A DNA stretch of 64,000 nt from an uncultured bacterium (GTDB lineage: Bacteria; Krumholzibacteriota; Krumholzibacteriia; JACNKJ01): NCBI GenBank assembly GCA_964410395.1, contig CAYPGS010000010.1, positions 16,668 through 80,667 on the forward strand. Direction: 5' to 3'. The notes beneath the pieces are model-generated. The model saw only the letters and a program-made list of their open reading frames with translations, was not told the DNA's origin and made no database searches. The position numbers and the translations under genes are program-made. Below, piece by piece: positions 1-8,319 of this stretch; within the stretch, counting starts at the first letter, position 1; each line of letters starts with the position of its first letter.

Positions 1-2647
1 CCTCCACTGTCCGAAGGGAATCTCGTACTCGCCGAGATCCACCAGCAGTGGCCCCAGCGCCAGTATTCGCATGGGGGCGCTTGGCGCTTGCTCGAGTTCC
101 TCGGCGGCCTTCGCGGATGATGCATCTCCGCCGGCCCGAGCCAGACGCACCAGTGCTGCCTGGGCATCACCACCCCCGAGCTGGCTGAGCAATTCGACGG
201 CGCTGAGACGAACAGCCTCCGATCCATCCTCGCTGAGTTTCAGCAACTCGGGAAGCGCTTGGGTTCCGAGACGCGAGAGCTGTCCGATCACGTAGTCCGT
301 CTCCACACCAAGTCGAAGGGCATGGGCGAGAACCCGGGATGCTCTCTCCGGTTCGAAAACCTGGAACAGGTTCTCATGCTCCATTCCCGCCACACCGACC
401 AGGAGAACCTCGAGGAGTTCGCGGGCCTCCTCGTCCTTGTAGGTGAGCGTGTCGAGGCGCAGAAGCGTCAGATGGTGCAGCCAGAACGAAGCCCCCACGC
501 TGCGGAAGAGTTTCTCGGCGCGAGTCCAGTACTCGCCGGTTCGCTTCTTCCGAGTTCCTTCGAAGCAGAGTCCGAGGACGAGATTGCACTGGCCTTCGAG
601 CTGGCGCTCTTTCATGTCCCTTGCGACGCCCAGAGCGTGCTCGGCATGCTTCCGTGCGGCATGCCGATTGCCTTCGGCCATAGAGGTCAGGGACAGTCCC
701 AGGTAGGGCACGCACTGCAGTTCGGCCTCCCCCAGCTCCTGCCCCATGCGCTCTGCCGCTTCAAATCGCGCTCGCGCCGACTCGAGGTCGCCGTCGAAGA
801 GGTCGCAACGCCCCAGGGTGTAGTTGCAGACGCCGAGCATGATGGGATAGGGAAGATGCTCGGCCTGACGCAGCGCCGCTTCGGAGTACTGGCGGGCTTC
901 GCGGAAATCTCCGGCCGTGTACATCACCCATCCCAGAACGCCGAGGCTGTGACAGATGCGTCGCGGCTCCTTGAGTCTCCGGAAGATCGACAGCGAACGT
1001 CGCGCTGCGCTCTTCGCCTTCTTGAAATCTCCGAGATAGGAGTGGACATTGGCGGCCAGCAGATAGAGCACCCGCCCTTCGCCGATCTCATCCTTGTTGC
1101 GGCGGAAGATGGCCTCGGCCTGCAGGAGAAAGGCTTCGCCTTCGGCGTAGCGTCCGAGATCGCAGGCCGAGACGCCCCGCAGACCGAGGATGCGCCCGCG
1201 GATCCGCGAGCTGATGGGTCCCGGTTCGGCCAGGGCCTCGTCGCAGAGCTTCAGGCAGGCGCGATACTGCCCCTTGCGCATCTTGAGCTGGGCCAGGAGG
1301 CTCATGAGCTCCACGCGTCGCTCGGACTTCTTGCAGAGTCTGAGCGCCTGGCGATATCGCTTCTCCGCCTGGGGCCACTGACCCTGGATGTCGTGAATCC
1401 GCCCCAGGGTCATGAGCGCACCGGGATGGGCAGTCAATCTTGCCGAGGGCAGACTCTCCAGCGCCTGCCGGATTTCATCATATCGTCCCAGGTCGAGCAG
1501 ACGCTCTCCCAGCTTGTCGACAAGGCGCAACACCTTCTCGGCCTCGCCCGCCGCGGCGTAGGCCGCGACGGCTTCCATCCAGAGTTCACGTTTGCGAAAT
1601 GCCCCCCCGGCCGCCTTGTGGAGTGCGCGCAGTTCCTTGGCGCTGGACTCCACTGACAGTTTCTCCCGAAGGGCATCACGAAACAGTTGGTGATAACGAT
1701 AGCTGCCCTGCTCTTCACCCGTGGGGAATGTGAACAGGTTGCCCTTGGCAAGGATCTTCAGGCGCTTCGCGCTGTCGCTGGCCTTCAGCACTTCGTCGCA
1801 GAGCTCCGCCTCGAGACGAGGCAGCACCGAGGACCGCATGAGGAAATCCTGGAGCTTCGGATCCAACTGGCCCAGCACCTCTTCGGCGAAGTAGGGAAAC
1901 CAGCCGATCTCGGCGCCCTGGAAATGGTCCAGTGTCTCTTCGATGAGCAGGTCGGGTTGCCGGCCCAGGTACTGGAAGAAGATCTCGAGCCCCGCCACCC
2001 AGCCTTCAGTGAGAGAAGCCACTCTCCGGGCCTGCCCGGCCTGAAGCTCCAGTTCGGGCAATCTCAGTTCGAACAGCTTCTCGACCTCGTCATCGGTGAA
2101 AGACAGATCGGAAGACTCCAGGCGCGAAGCCTCGCCCTGGGACTGCATGCGCATGATGGGAATGTCGAGGTGTTCCCGTGAGGCCAGCACCAGGCTCGAT
2201 TTCGAAGGCAGGAAACGCGCGAGTCGCTCGATGAAACCGAGAGTGTCGCTGGATGATGCGACGGTATGAACATCGTCGAGAACGATCAATCTGCCCTTGC
2301 GTTCGTCCCGAAGAGCCGTGACGAGCGCGGCCAGGGCCCTGTCCGGACTGAGCTGTTCCCCGCCGGCCATTTTCCTCGCCTCGGCATTCATGGCCTCGAG
2401 CAGCCGTTCGGCCAGACGATCGGGATGGGCGTCGAGCTCATTCAGGGTGAACCATGCGCAGGATCGCTTCTCCACGCCGGCCTTCTCCGCCAGGAAGCTT
2501 GTCTTCCCGAAGCCTGCCCCAGCCGTGACCAGAATGAGGCGCTTGCCCCCCTCTTCTTCCCAGAACGAATCGAGACGGGAGCGAGAGAGATAGCCCGACG
2601 GCAGTCCTGGCAGATTGACTTTGCTAGCTCTGAACTTGGGCGGCATG
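1..2647 (-). CDS. STAND-type P-loop NTPase with C-terminal TPR repeats (MalT/SARP-like regulator family). The N-terminus is at 2647 and the C-terminus runs off the window start.
   Basis: Minus-strand translation from ATG at 2645-2647 gives MPPKFRASKVNLPG...LILVTAGAGFGKTSFLAEKAG (Walker A GxxxxGKT) followed by many TPR-like repeats (e.g. AEKRYRQALRL, LGRIHDIQGQWPQA). The ORF is open to position 1. The plus-strand ORF 259..1656 has low-complexity Arg/Gly/Leu composition typical of antisense reading in high-GC DNA. Confidence 0.6.
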
Positions 2648-2792
2648 GGTCGGCCTCGCTGGCTATGGGAAAGGCCCAGATGGACTTATCCTAGCACGGC
2701 CCTGCCCTAAGGTCAGCTTTCCAGAACCCGGGCTCCGAAATCAGCAAAGATTGGCCGGGGGGAAAGAGATCTCAATTTTTTTAAGTTTGATA

Positions 2793-2821
2793 TTGAAACT
2801 TTTAAGTTCCTTGTGTAGTAT
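2793..2821 (+). promoter_or_regulatory. Sigma70-type promoter (TTGAAA, 17-nt spacer, TAGTAT) overlapped by the inverted repeat AAGTTT-N7-AAACTT, upstream of the DUF2089 gene
   Basis: AT-rich island in GC-rich DNA. The -35 TTGAAA lies at 2793-2798 and the -10 TAGTAT at 2816-2821. The palindrome AAGTTTgatattgAAACTT spans the -35 box. RBS GGGAGG lies 5 nt before the ATG at 2844. Confidence 0.4.
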
Positions 2822-2843
2822 TGCTCACATCCGGGAGGTTGAG

Positions 2844-3197
2844 ATGGATATTTCGAAGGTGTCTTGTCCCGATTGCGGAAAGCCCATGAATCTGACCCGA
2901 GCCGCCTGCGGAGAATGCCAGGTGAGCCTCGAGGGCGATTTCGAAGTCTCTCCACTGGGCCGTCTGAGCCAGGACGACCAGATCTTCGTGCACGCCTTCC
3001 TGCGTCACCATGGCTCGATCCGGAAGATGGAGAGCCTGCTGGGCATCAGCTATCCCACGGTGAAGAACCGCCTGCGCGCCATCGTGGAGCGACTCGACAA
3101 GAGCTTTGAAGTACCCAGTACCAACGCACTGACTCTCGAACAGCTGTCCCGCGGGGAAATCACCGTGGAAGAGGCGCTGGAAAGGATGGAGGAATGA
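2844..3197 (+). CDS. DUF2089 family protein (N-terminal zinc ribbon CPDCG...CGEC plus C-terminal HTH-like ISYPTVKNRL)
   Basis: ATG at 2844 is preceded by GGGAGG. The CxxC...CxxC ribbon and the YPTVKNRL motif are characteristic of DUF2089. The track ORF 2751..3197 carries an unlikely N-terminal extension. Confidence 0.7.
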   Translation: MDISKVSCPDCGKPMNLTRAACGECQVSLEGDFEVSPLGRLSQDDQIFVHAFLRHHGSIRKMESLLGISYPTVKNRLRAIVERLDKSFEVPSTNALTLEQLSRGEITVEEALERMEE

Positions 3198-3436
3198 TTC
3201 CCGCACTGCTCATGATGCGCATCGGCCGCGACACTCGAGTCTGGCTGCCGCTCCCCTTCTTCCTCATCTGGCCCTTCTGGTTGATCGGTTGGCTGGCCTG
3301 GCTGGTCACCACCCTCTTCAACCGCGCGGCGGCCATGAAGATCGCACTGTTCCAAATCATCTTCTGGCATCTCCGCGGTCTCACCGTGGACGTGGAAGAA
3401 AACGACGGCACGCGAATCCATTTCCGATTCATCTAG
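3194..3436 (+). CDS. Small hydrophobic membrane protein (80 aa), translationally coupled to the DUF2089 gene
   Basis: ATGA start/stop overlap with the upstream gene. Tryptophan-rich hydrophobic segments PLPFFLIWPFWLIGWLAWLVTTLF. Confidence 0.45.
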   Translation: MIPALLMMRIGRDTRVWLPLPFFLIWPFWLIGWLAWLVTTLFNRAAAMKIALFQIIFWHLRGLTVDVEENDGTRIHFRFI

Positions 3437-3446
3437 GAGGTACCCC

Positions 3447-3848
3447 ATGAACAGCGAACGAAAGCAGATTCTGGACATGCTGGCCGAAGGCAAGATCACC
3501 GCCGAAGAGGCCGACCGCCTTCTCGACAAAGTCGGTTATGGCGCCGAAACCGTGGTCGTCCAGTCCGACGAAGCGCCCAGGAGAGGCAAGTTGAAATACC
3601 TGCGCGTTCTGGTCGAGAGTTCCGACGGAGACAACGTGAACGTGCGCGTTCCCCTGGCCCTGGTCAAAGCGGGCATCAAGCTCAAGGGTGTGATACCCGA
3701 CAAGGCCCACGCGAAGATGCACGAGAAGGGCGTGGACCTCGATGCTCTCAGCGAGCTGGATGAGGAAGAGCTCATGGAAGCCCTGCGCGACCTTCAGGTG
3801 GATGTGGACTCCAACGAAGGCGACACGGTTCGGATCTTCTGCGAGTAG
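3447..3848 (+). CDS. Hypothetical protein with N-terminal KQILDMLAEGKITAEEADRLL helix motif (a DUF2089 partner, as found N-terminal to toastrack/DUF4097-type proteins)
   Basis: RBS AGGAGG lies 6 nt upstream. The motif ILxMLxEGKITxEEAxxLL is recalled from proteins encoded next to DUF2089 genes. There are no beta-strand repeats here (133 aa). Confidence 0.6.
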   Translation: MNSERKQILDMLAEGKITAEEADRLLDKVGYGAETVVVQSDEAPRRGKLKYLRVLVESSDGDNVNVRVPLALVKAGIKLKGVIPDKAHAKMHEKGVDLDALSELDEEELMEALRDLQVDVDSNEGDTVRIFCE

Positions 3849-3851
3849 GGC

Positions 3852-4358
3852 TCAGGAAATGTCCGCGAAGGCGGCGTGGTATCGAAGCAGGCCCGAGACT
3901 TTGTCGAGGGCCTTTTCTTCAAGCTCCATGGCCATGAAGACCTCGTCGGGAACTTCGTACTCGGACCGCAGTCCGAAGCGGCTCGCGGGAAGGAATCCGA
4001 ATCGAGGATAGAAGGTCGGATGACCCAGCACCGCCACGGCCTGGAACCCCTCGTCACGGCAATGCGCCAGTCCCGCCTCGACCAGCATCGAGCCAACTCC
4101 GCGATTCTGAAGGGACGGCAGGACCGCCATGGGCGCCAGTCCGGCGATACGAGGAAAACTAGGCCCATCCACGAGCGTCATGGCCGTGAAGACGATGTGC
4201 CCCACCACCTCTTCATCTTGTAGAGCGACGAGCGAGATGTAGGGGTCGGCGGCGTCCCGCAGCGCGTCGACCAGATCGGCCTCGTCTCCTCTCTCGAATG
4301 CCAGGGTGTTCACGTGGCGGATGGCTTGAAGGTCTCGTGATCTTTCCAGTCGAATCAT
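3852..4358 (-). CDS. GNAT family N-acetyltransferase (YhbS-like)
   Basis: 168 aa with an acetyl-CoA binding region LQNRGVGSMLVEAGLAHCRDEGFQAVAVLGHPTFYPRFGF typical of YhbS-like GNATs. RBS GGAGA lies 7 nt upstream. Confidence 0.8.
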   Translation of the reverse strand: MIRLERSRDLQAIRHVNTLAFERGDEADLVDALRDAADPYISLVALQDEEVVGHIVFTAMTLVDGPSFPRIAGLAPMAVLPSLQNRGVGSMLVEAGLAHCRDEGFQAVAVLGHPTFYPRFGFLPASRFGLRSEYEVPDEVFMAMELEEKALDKVSGLLRYHAAFADIS

Positions 4359-4376
4359 AGCGCGTCTCCAAGCATA

Positions 4377-5060
4377 CTAGAAATGAAGGGAGATACCGAA
4401 TCGAACTGGCATAGGCATGTAGCTCCAGCCCTGCCTCACCGTTTGCTCACGATCTGAGATCGATCCACCTTCCGCCAATCGACTGCTGCTTCTCGTTTCG
4501 TGTAAGTACCAAACCCGACTCGAGTACTCAGCGTGGATGCTCAACCAATCGAAAGCCCACCACTCCGCGCCAAGGTAGGCTTCGGCTCCATACCCTTCAG
4601 CTTTGTGATAGTACACGTTGCCACTCAGAAAAGGCCCTTCCGAATACTCATAGACACTCCACCAGGTGCTCGAGTACTCGGCAACATCAACAGCCCAGCC
4701 GAGGCCATAGAATAGAACAACATCCTCAGTTCTGTGCTGGTGAAGCAATCCGATGCCACTTCCCCAGTTCTTTTTGAAGTCCTCAACTTGGAAGTCATGG
4801 ACGCCATAAGGGTCCAGTCCGGATAGGTACTTGATGTCTTCGATCTCATTGAATGAGTCGAGTGACAGTCTCATGCGGAGTGACCAGGAACTCGATATAG
4901 CGAATTGGTAGGATACAAGAGACCCTTGGAAACTGGTTAGGTTGAAAGATGAGGTAATCGAAAACTGCACGGAGTGCTTGCGCTCCGATGCGTTGGAACC
5001 ACCCGCCATCAACATTGAGGCCACCAATGCAACTACAAGACGAGGGGTGTTCTTATTCAC
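4377..5060 (-). CDS. Outer-membrane beta-barrel protein (paralog 1)
   Basis: GTG start at 5058-5060 follows AGGAG. Signal peptide MNKNTPRLVVALVASMLMAGGSNA. Alternating aromatic/hydrophilic pattern and a C-terminal Phe (…FGISLHF). Local GC is lower than in the flanks. Confidence 0.55.
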   Translation of the reverse strand: MNKNTPRLVVALVASMLMAGGSNASERKHSVQFSITSSFNLTSFQGSLVSYQFAISSSWSLRMRLSLDSFNEIEDIKYLSGLDPYGVHDFQVEDFKKNWGSGIGLLHQHRTEDVVLFYGLGWAVDVAEYSSTWWSVYEYSEGPFLSGNVYYHKAEGYGAEAYLGAEWWAFDWLSIHAEYSSRVWYLHETRSSSRLAEGGSISDREQTVRQGWSYMPMPVRFGISLHF

Positions 5061-5068
5061 TTCCACTC

Positions 5069-5821
5069 CTAAAAGAAGACCGACAGACCCATCTTGCCAC
5101 CCGAGCTGGTGAGTCTCCAAGTGTCCATGGAAACGCCTTCTAGATGACTGCTTTCGAGATTGCCCTCACGCCAGTACTGGCGCACGATGTCCTGGCTGGA
5201 AGTCGTAAGACTGGCACTATACTCAACGTGAATGGCCATACGGCTACCTAATGGAACTTGGATACCCACCGCACTGGCCACGCCGATGGACTCAGTTTTG
5301 ATCTCAAGCGCTTCACGAGATTCGATGAACTCGTAGTCGGACCATGAGAAATTGCTCTCGTCTTCTCGGGTGTATGTGTGGGTGTATATGGGGCCTAATC
5401 CGAGGAACAGGTCCACGGGTGTTTTCCTTAAAAACCAGACAACTTGAAATCCGCCCGAGAAGTGCCTGTTCCACTCTCGAAGATCGTCGTTTCGGTCAAC
5501 ACCAATCAGATACTCATTGTAGTGGTCGACTTCCGAATACTGTTTCTCGTAGTCCCAGTTTTCATAGTCGATGAATATGCGAAGTCCCAGCCGATCCTTA
5601 AGGAACCACTGATAGGATAAAGCTGATCCCTTGAAATCATCCAAGGTAAGCGATGACCCAATGCCAAACTGCAGGACTTGAGTCCCTTTTGGCATTTCAT
5701 TCAATGCAACGGATCCATGTACCTGTGATGCAAACTGCGGGTGAATCGTAAGTAGGGACAGTGCCAGAATGATCCACCTGGGCGTTTTCACAATAGCACC
5801 TCTATTTGATTCGTCAGACAT
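5069..5821 (-). CDS. Outer-membrane beta-barrel protein (paralog 2)
   Basis: Signal peptide …KTPRWIILALSLLTIHPQFASQVHG. The C-terminus ends …GLSVFF. Sequence is similar to the downstream paralog. The start may be the internal GTG (MKTPRW…). Confidence 0.55.
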   Translation of the reverse strand: MSDESNRGAIVKTPRWIILALSLLTIHPQFASQVHGSVALNEMPKGTQVLQFGIGSSLTLDDFKGSALSYQWFLKDRLGLRIFIDYENWDYEKQYSEVDHYNEYLIGVDRNDDLREWNRHFSGGFQVVWFLRKTPVDLFLGLGPIYTHTYTREDESNFSWSDYEFIESREALEIKTESIGVASAVGIQVPLGSRMAIHVEYSASLTTSSQDIVRQYWREGNLESSHLEGVSMDTWRLTSSGGKMGLSVFF

Positions 5822-5910
5822 ATGAAAGGTAGCGTGTTCGACACATTAGATCAATAGATGATTGCTGCTCGACTAAGCGGCCTTGCCTGGTCTTGGGACT
5901 CTTGTACCAC

Positions 5911-6690
5911 CTAGTGCTTTCGGTTCAGGTCCACGCCGCGTCGTCCCGCCCATCGAAGCATCCAGATGAGCACGGCAAGGTTGACGCCCACTCCCAACAC
6001 ACCGCGTTCGGGTCCATATATGCCCACCTGCTCGATACCGAGCAGGCCGTTCTTCGTGCCGTAGCCGAATAGCACGTAGGCCAGTCCGTTCCAGATTGCA
6101 TGGGCCGTTACAGGAACCAGCAGTGAGCCGGAGACGAGGCGAAGAAGTCCCCAGCACAGTCCAAGAAGTAGAACATTGGCGTAGTAAACCGGAATCTGCG
6201 CGGCGGGCAGCTTGAAGCCCTCCTCGATGAGGGGAACCGCCACGTGCCAGGCCAGGAAGGCGAGGCTGGTCCAGACGAGTACCATTCGGCGCGTCCATCC
6301 GGCGCGAACTCCAAGACCCCAGAGTGCGCCGCGGAAGAATCCGTCCTCGGTGATGAGTACACCGACCCAGGTCGACGCGATCATGAGCCCGAACTCACCG
6401 GCAGCGGAGGGAAGTTCGGTGGAATCGATCGCAACCCTCCCGAAGATCAACGCAAGAATGACCAGAGGGGCCATGGCCAGAACCGGGTAGGTCAAGGCTA
6501 CAAGATGATCCCGTCCCCCCCATCGCCAGCCGAACTCGCCACGGCGAAGTCGCCAGATTCCCCAGGCCAGCCCAGCGAGGACAGTGAGAACGAAGAGGTA
6601 GGGCAAGGGACTTCCTGTGGCCAACTCCAACACCGGTGCCAGCACTGCCGCGGCGATGCCGAAGGCGATCGCCATCCTTCCCATATTCAC
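5911..6690 (-). CDS. CPBP family intramembrane glutamic endopeptidase (CAAX protease / Abi family)
   Basis: Multi-pass membrane protein with motif 1 EDGFFRG (EExxxR) and motif 3 HAIWNGL (HxxxN). ATGA overlap with the upstream gene. Confidence 0.75.
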   Translation of the reverse strand: MNMGRMAIAFGIAAAVLAPVLELATGSPLPYLFVLTVLAGLAWGIWRLRRGEFGWRWGGRDHLVALTYPVLAMAPLVILALIFGRVAIDSTELPSAAGEFGLMIASTWVGVLITEDGFFRGALWGLGVRAGWTRRMVLVWTSLAFLAWHVAVPLIEEGFKLPAAQIPVYYANVLLLGLCWGLLRLVSGSLLVPVTAHAIWNGLAYVLFGYGTKNGLLGIEQVGIYGPERGVLGVGVNLAVLIWMLRWAGRRGVDLNRKH

Positions 6691-6938
6691 GATTCCTCTT
6701 TCATGGATTCCTCCGTGATCACGAACTCGGTGTCGAGGTCCTCCAGTTTTTCGAGCATGAACTTTCGCGAATCCTGGATGGCCTGGTTGTAGACCGAGGG
6801 GCCGAGCTCGCGCATGAAGAACTCGAGCAATCTTTCGGCCTGGTAGGCGCTCAGGTCCTCGTCGAAGATCTCGCGATAGAAAGCGCCGAGCTTGCCGAGC
6901 AGGTCGCCCCGCCGCTCCTCACTGAGTTTGATCCTCAT
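6687..6938 (-). CDS. Small cytoplasmic protein, DUF2164-like
   Basis: MRIKLSEERRGDLLGKLGAFYREIFDEDLSAYQAERLLEFFMRELGPSVYNQAIQDS… resembles the DUF2164 family (ELGP.xYNQ). The start was moved to the internal Met to reduce overlap with the hydrolase gene. Confidence 0.45.
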   Translation of the reverse strand: MRIKLSEERRGDLLGKLGAFYREIFDEDLSAYQAERLLEFFMRELGPSVYNQAIQDSRKFMLEKLEDLDTEFVITEESMKEES

Positions 6939-7671
6939 TGAAACTCTCCTCGATCGGGTCGGGAGGATGTAGGAAGGCTCCATCATTCAGAAAAGCCGTC
7001 ACCTGGTCGGCGGTATCCCTCGAATTCATGATGAAGGTGTGGCTGTGGCGGAGAACGATGAAGTCGGACATTCCCTCCACTTTCGCGTTCTCCACCGAAA
7101 CCTTACCATCATCGGGACCTGGAATGATGCGCGAAGTGAGCGGATTGACGGATCGATCGCCGGCGATCACTCCGAGTTCGAACTCCACGGGACCCAGGGA
7201 TCGGGGCACGCTTTCCTCGCTGGTGCCGATTTGCTGTCCGCTCGGTCCAGTGGCGAGGCGGTAGAGCTTCCAATCCTTCAGATAGTCCGCCAGCTCGCTG
7301 CCCTGGCTCGGAGGCGTCAGCATGACGACCCGCCCCAGGTTGGGCAGCTTGTTATCCGCGAGGTAGACGCGCAGCACGATTCCGCCCAGGGAGTGGGTCA
7401 CGAAATGGAGAGTCGGCTCGTCCGAACCGGAGATCGCGTTCAGCTCTTCAGCGAGCCAGGCGACATGATCGTCGATGTGACCATCCGTGGAATCGTAGCC
7501 CTTCGAGATCACCTCGAAGCCTCGCGACTCGAGCCGATGTTTCAGCAGGAGCATGGAGGCGGAGCTGCGACCCAATCCGTGAATCAGAAACACCCGCTCG
7601 ACCTCTTTCGCCGAGGCATTCGCCACGATGGCCAGTATCGCCGCAATGAGAAGAAGTCGTTTCAGCCGCAT
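6919..7671 (-). CDS. Secreted alpha/beta hydrolase (lipase/esterase-like, GxSxG = HSLGG)
   Basis: Signal peptide MRLKRLLLIAAILAIVANASA. The nucleophile elbow VTHSLGGIV. 250 aa. Confidence 0.75.
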   Translation of the reverse strand: MRLKRLLLIAAILAIVANASAKEVERVFLIHGLGRSSASMLLLKHRLESRGFEVISKGYDSTDGHIDDHVAWLAEELNAISGSDEPTLHFVTHSLGGIVLRVYLADNKLPNLGRVVMLTPPSQGSELADYLKDWKLYRLATGPSGQQIGTSEESVPRSLGPVEFELGVIAGDRSVNPLTSRIIPGPDDGKVSVENAKVEGMSDFIVLRHSHTFIMNSRDTADQVTAFLNDGAFLHPPDPIEESFNEDQTQ

Positions 7672-7672
7672 G

Positions 7673-8272
7673 CTAGGAACCCCTCGAAATGATGTAGGCC
7701 GCGGCGATCACGCTCGCGTCGGCCAGCACGTGGGTCAATACGGCGAAGCCGAGAGATCGATTCACCCTGCTCATCGCCCTCCACAGGGCCGAACTGATCC
7801 CGAGGACCACGAACACGAGAATCAGCCAGACTGGCTGCAGAAGGGGGTAAAGGACGAGTGCGTGGTATCCGGCGAATGCCAGATCCGTCCATGCGAAGGG
7901 GCCGGAGGAAGGGTCATCAAGTCCTCGCCAATGCAGCTCTTCGAGCAGGGGGTGAACGAAGGCGAAGTAGGGAAGGAAGGCGATCCAGCCGAACCCGGAC
8001 AATCCGTGCGCCGCAAGCCAGGGCATCAGTTCCTCATCGCCGCGGCTCACGAATGGCCAGAGCGCGAGCAGGATGCCACCGGCGGCGACGCAAGCGAATG
8101 CCGAGGGAATCCAGATACGCCTCGCGCCGAGAGGACGCAGTTTGACCGGCCTGGGCTTTCTCCAGAGGGTGAGAAGGATGAAAGCGTGATAGCTCAGAAT
8201 GCTCAACCAGGCATTCCGCAACAGGACCAGGCCGACGAGGACGGCCAGGTAGGGAAAGGATGCGCGCAGCAT
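7673..8272 (-). CDS. CPBP family intramembrane protease-like membrane protein (second copy)
   Basis: Motifs EELHWRG (EExxxR), FAGYH and THVLADA in a multi-pass membrane protein. The start was moved to MLRASFPYL because the Arg-rich N-terminal extension in the track looks spurious. Confidence 0.55.
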   Translation of the reverse strand: MLRASFPYLAVLVGLVLLRNAWLSILSYHAFILLTLWRKPRPVKLRPLGARRIWIPSAFACVAAGGILLALWPFVSRGDEELMPWLAAHGLSGFGWIAFLPYFAFVHPLLEELHWRGLDDPSSGPFAWTDLAFAGYHALVLYPLLQPVWLILVFVVLGISSALWRAMSRVNRSLGFAVLTHVLADASVIAAAYIISRGS

Positions 8273-8319
8273 TCGCTCCCAAAGCGCCAAGGCCTCGTTG
8301 CTTCGTCGATCGCCCAGCG

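Noticed and set aside
259-1656. 465-aa plus-strand ORF (also 1687..2181 and 2266..2694) in the first 2.7 kb
   Set aside because: The translation is low-complexity (Arg/Gly/Leu/Ala-rich) with no recognisable domain. The opposite strand encodes a continuous P-loop NTPase-TPR protein with clear motifs. This is typical antisense ORF persistence in high-GC DNA.
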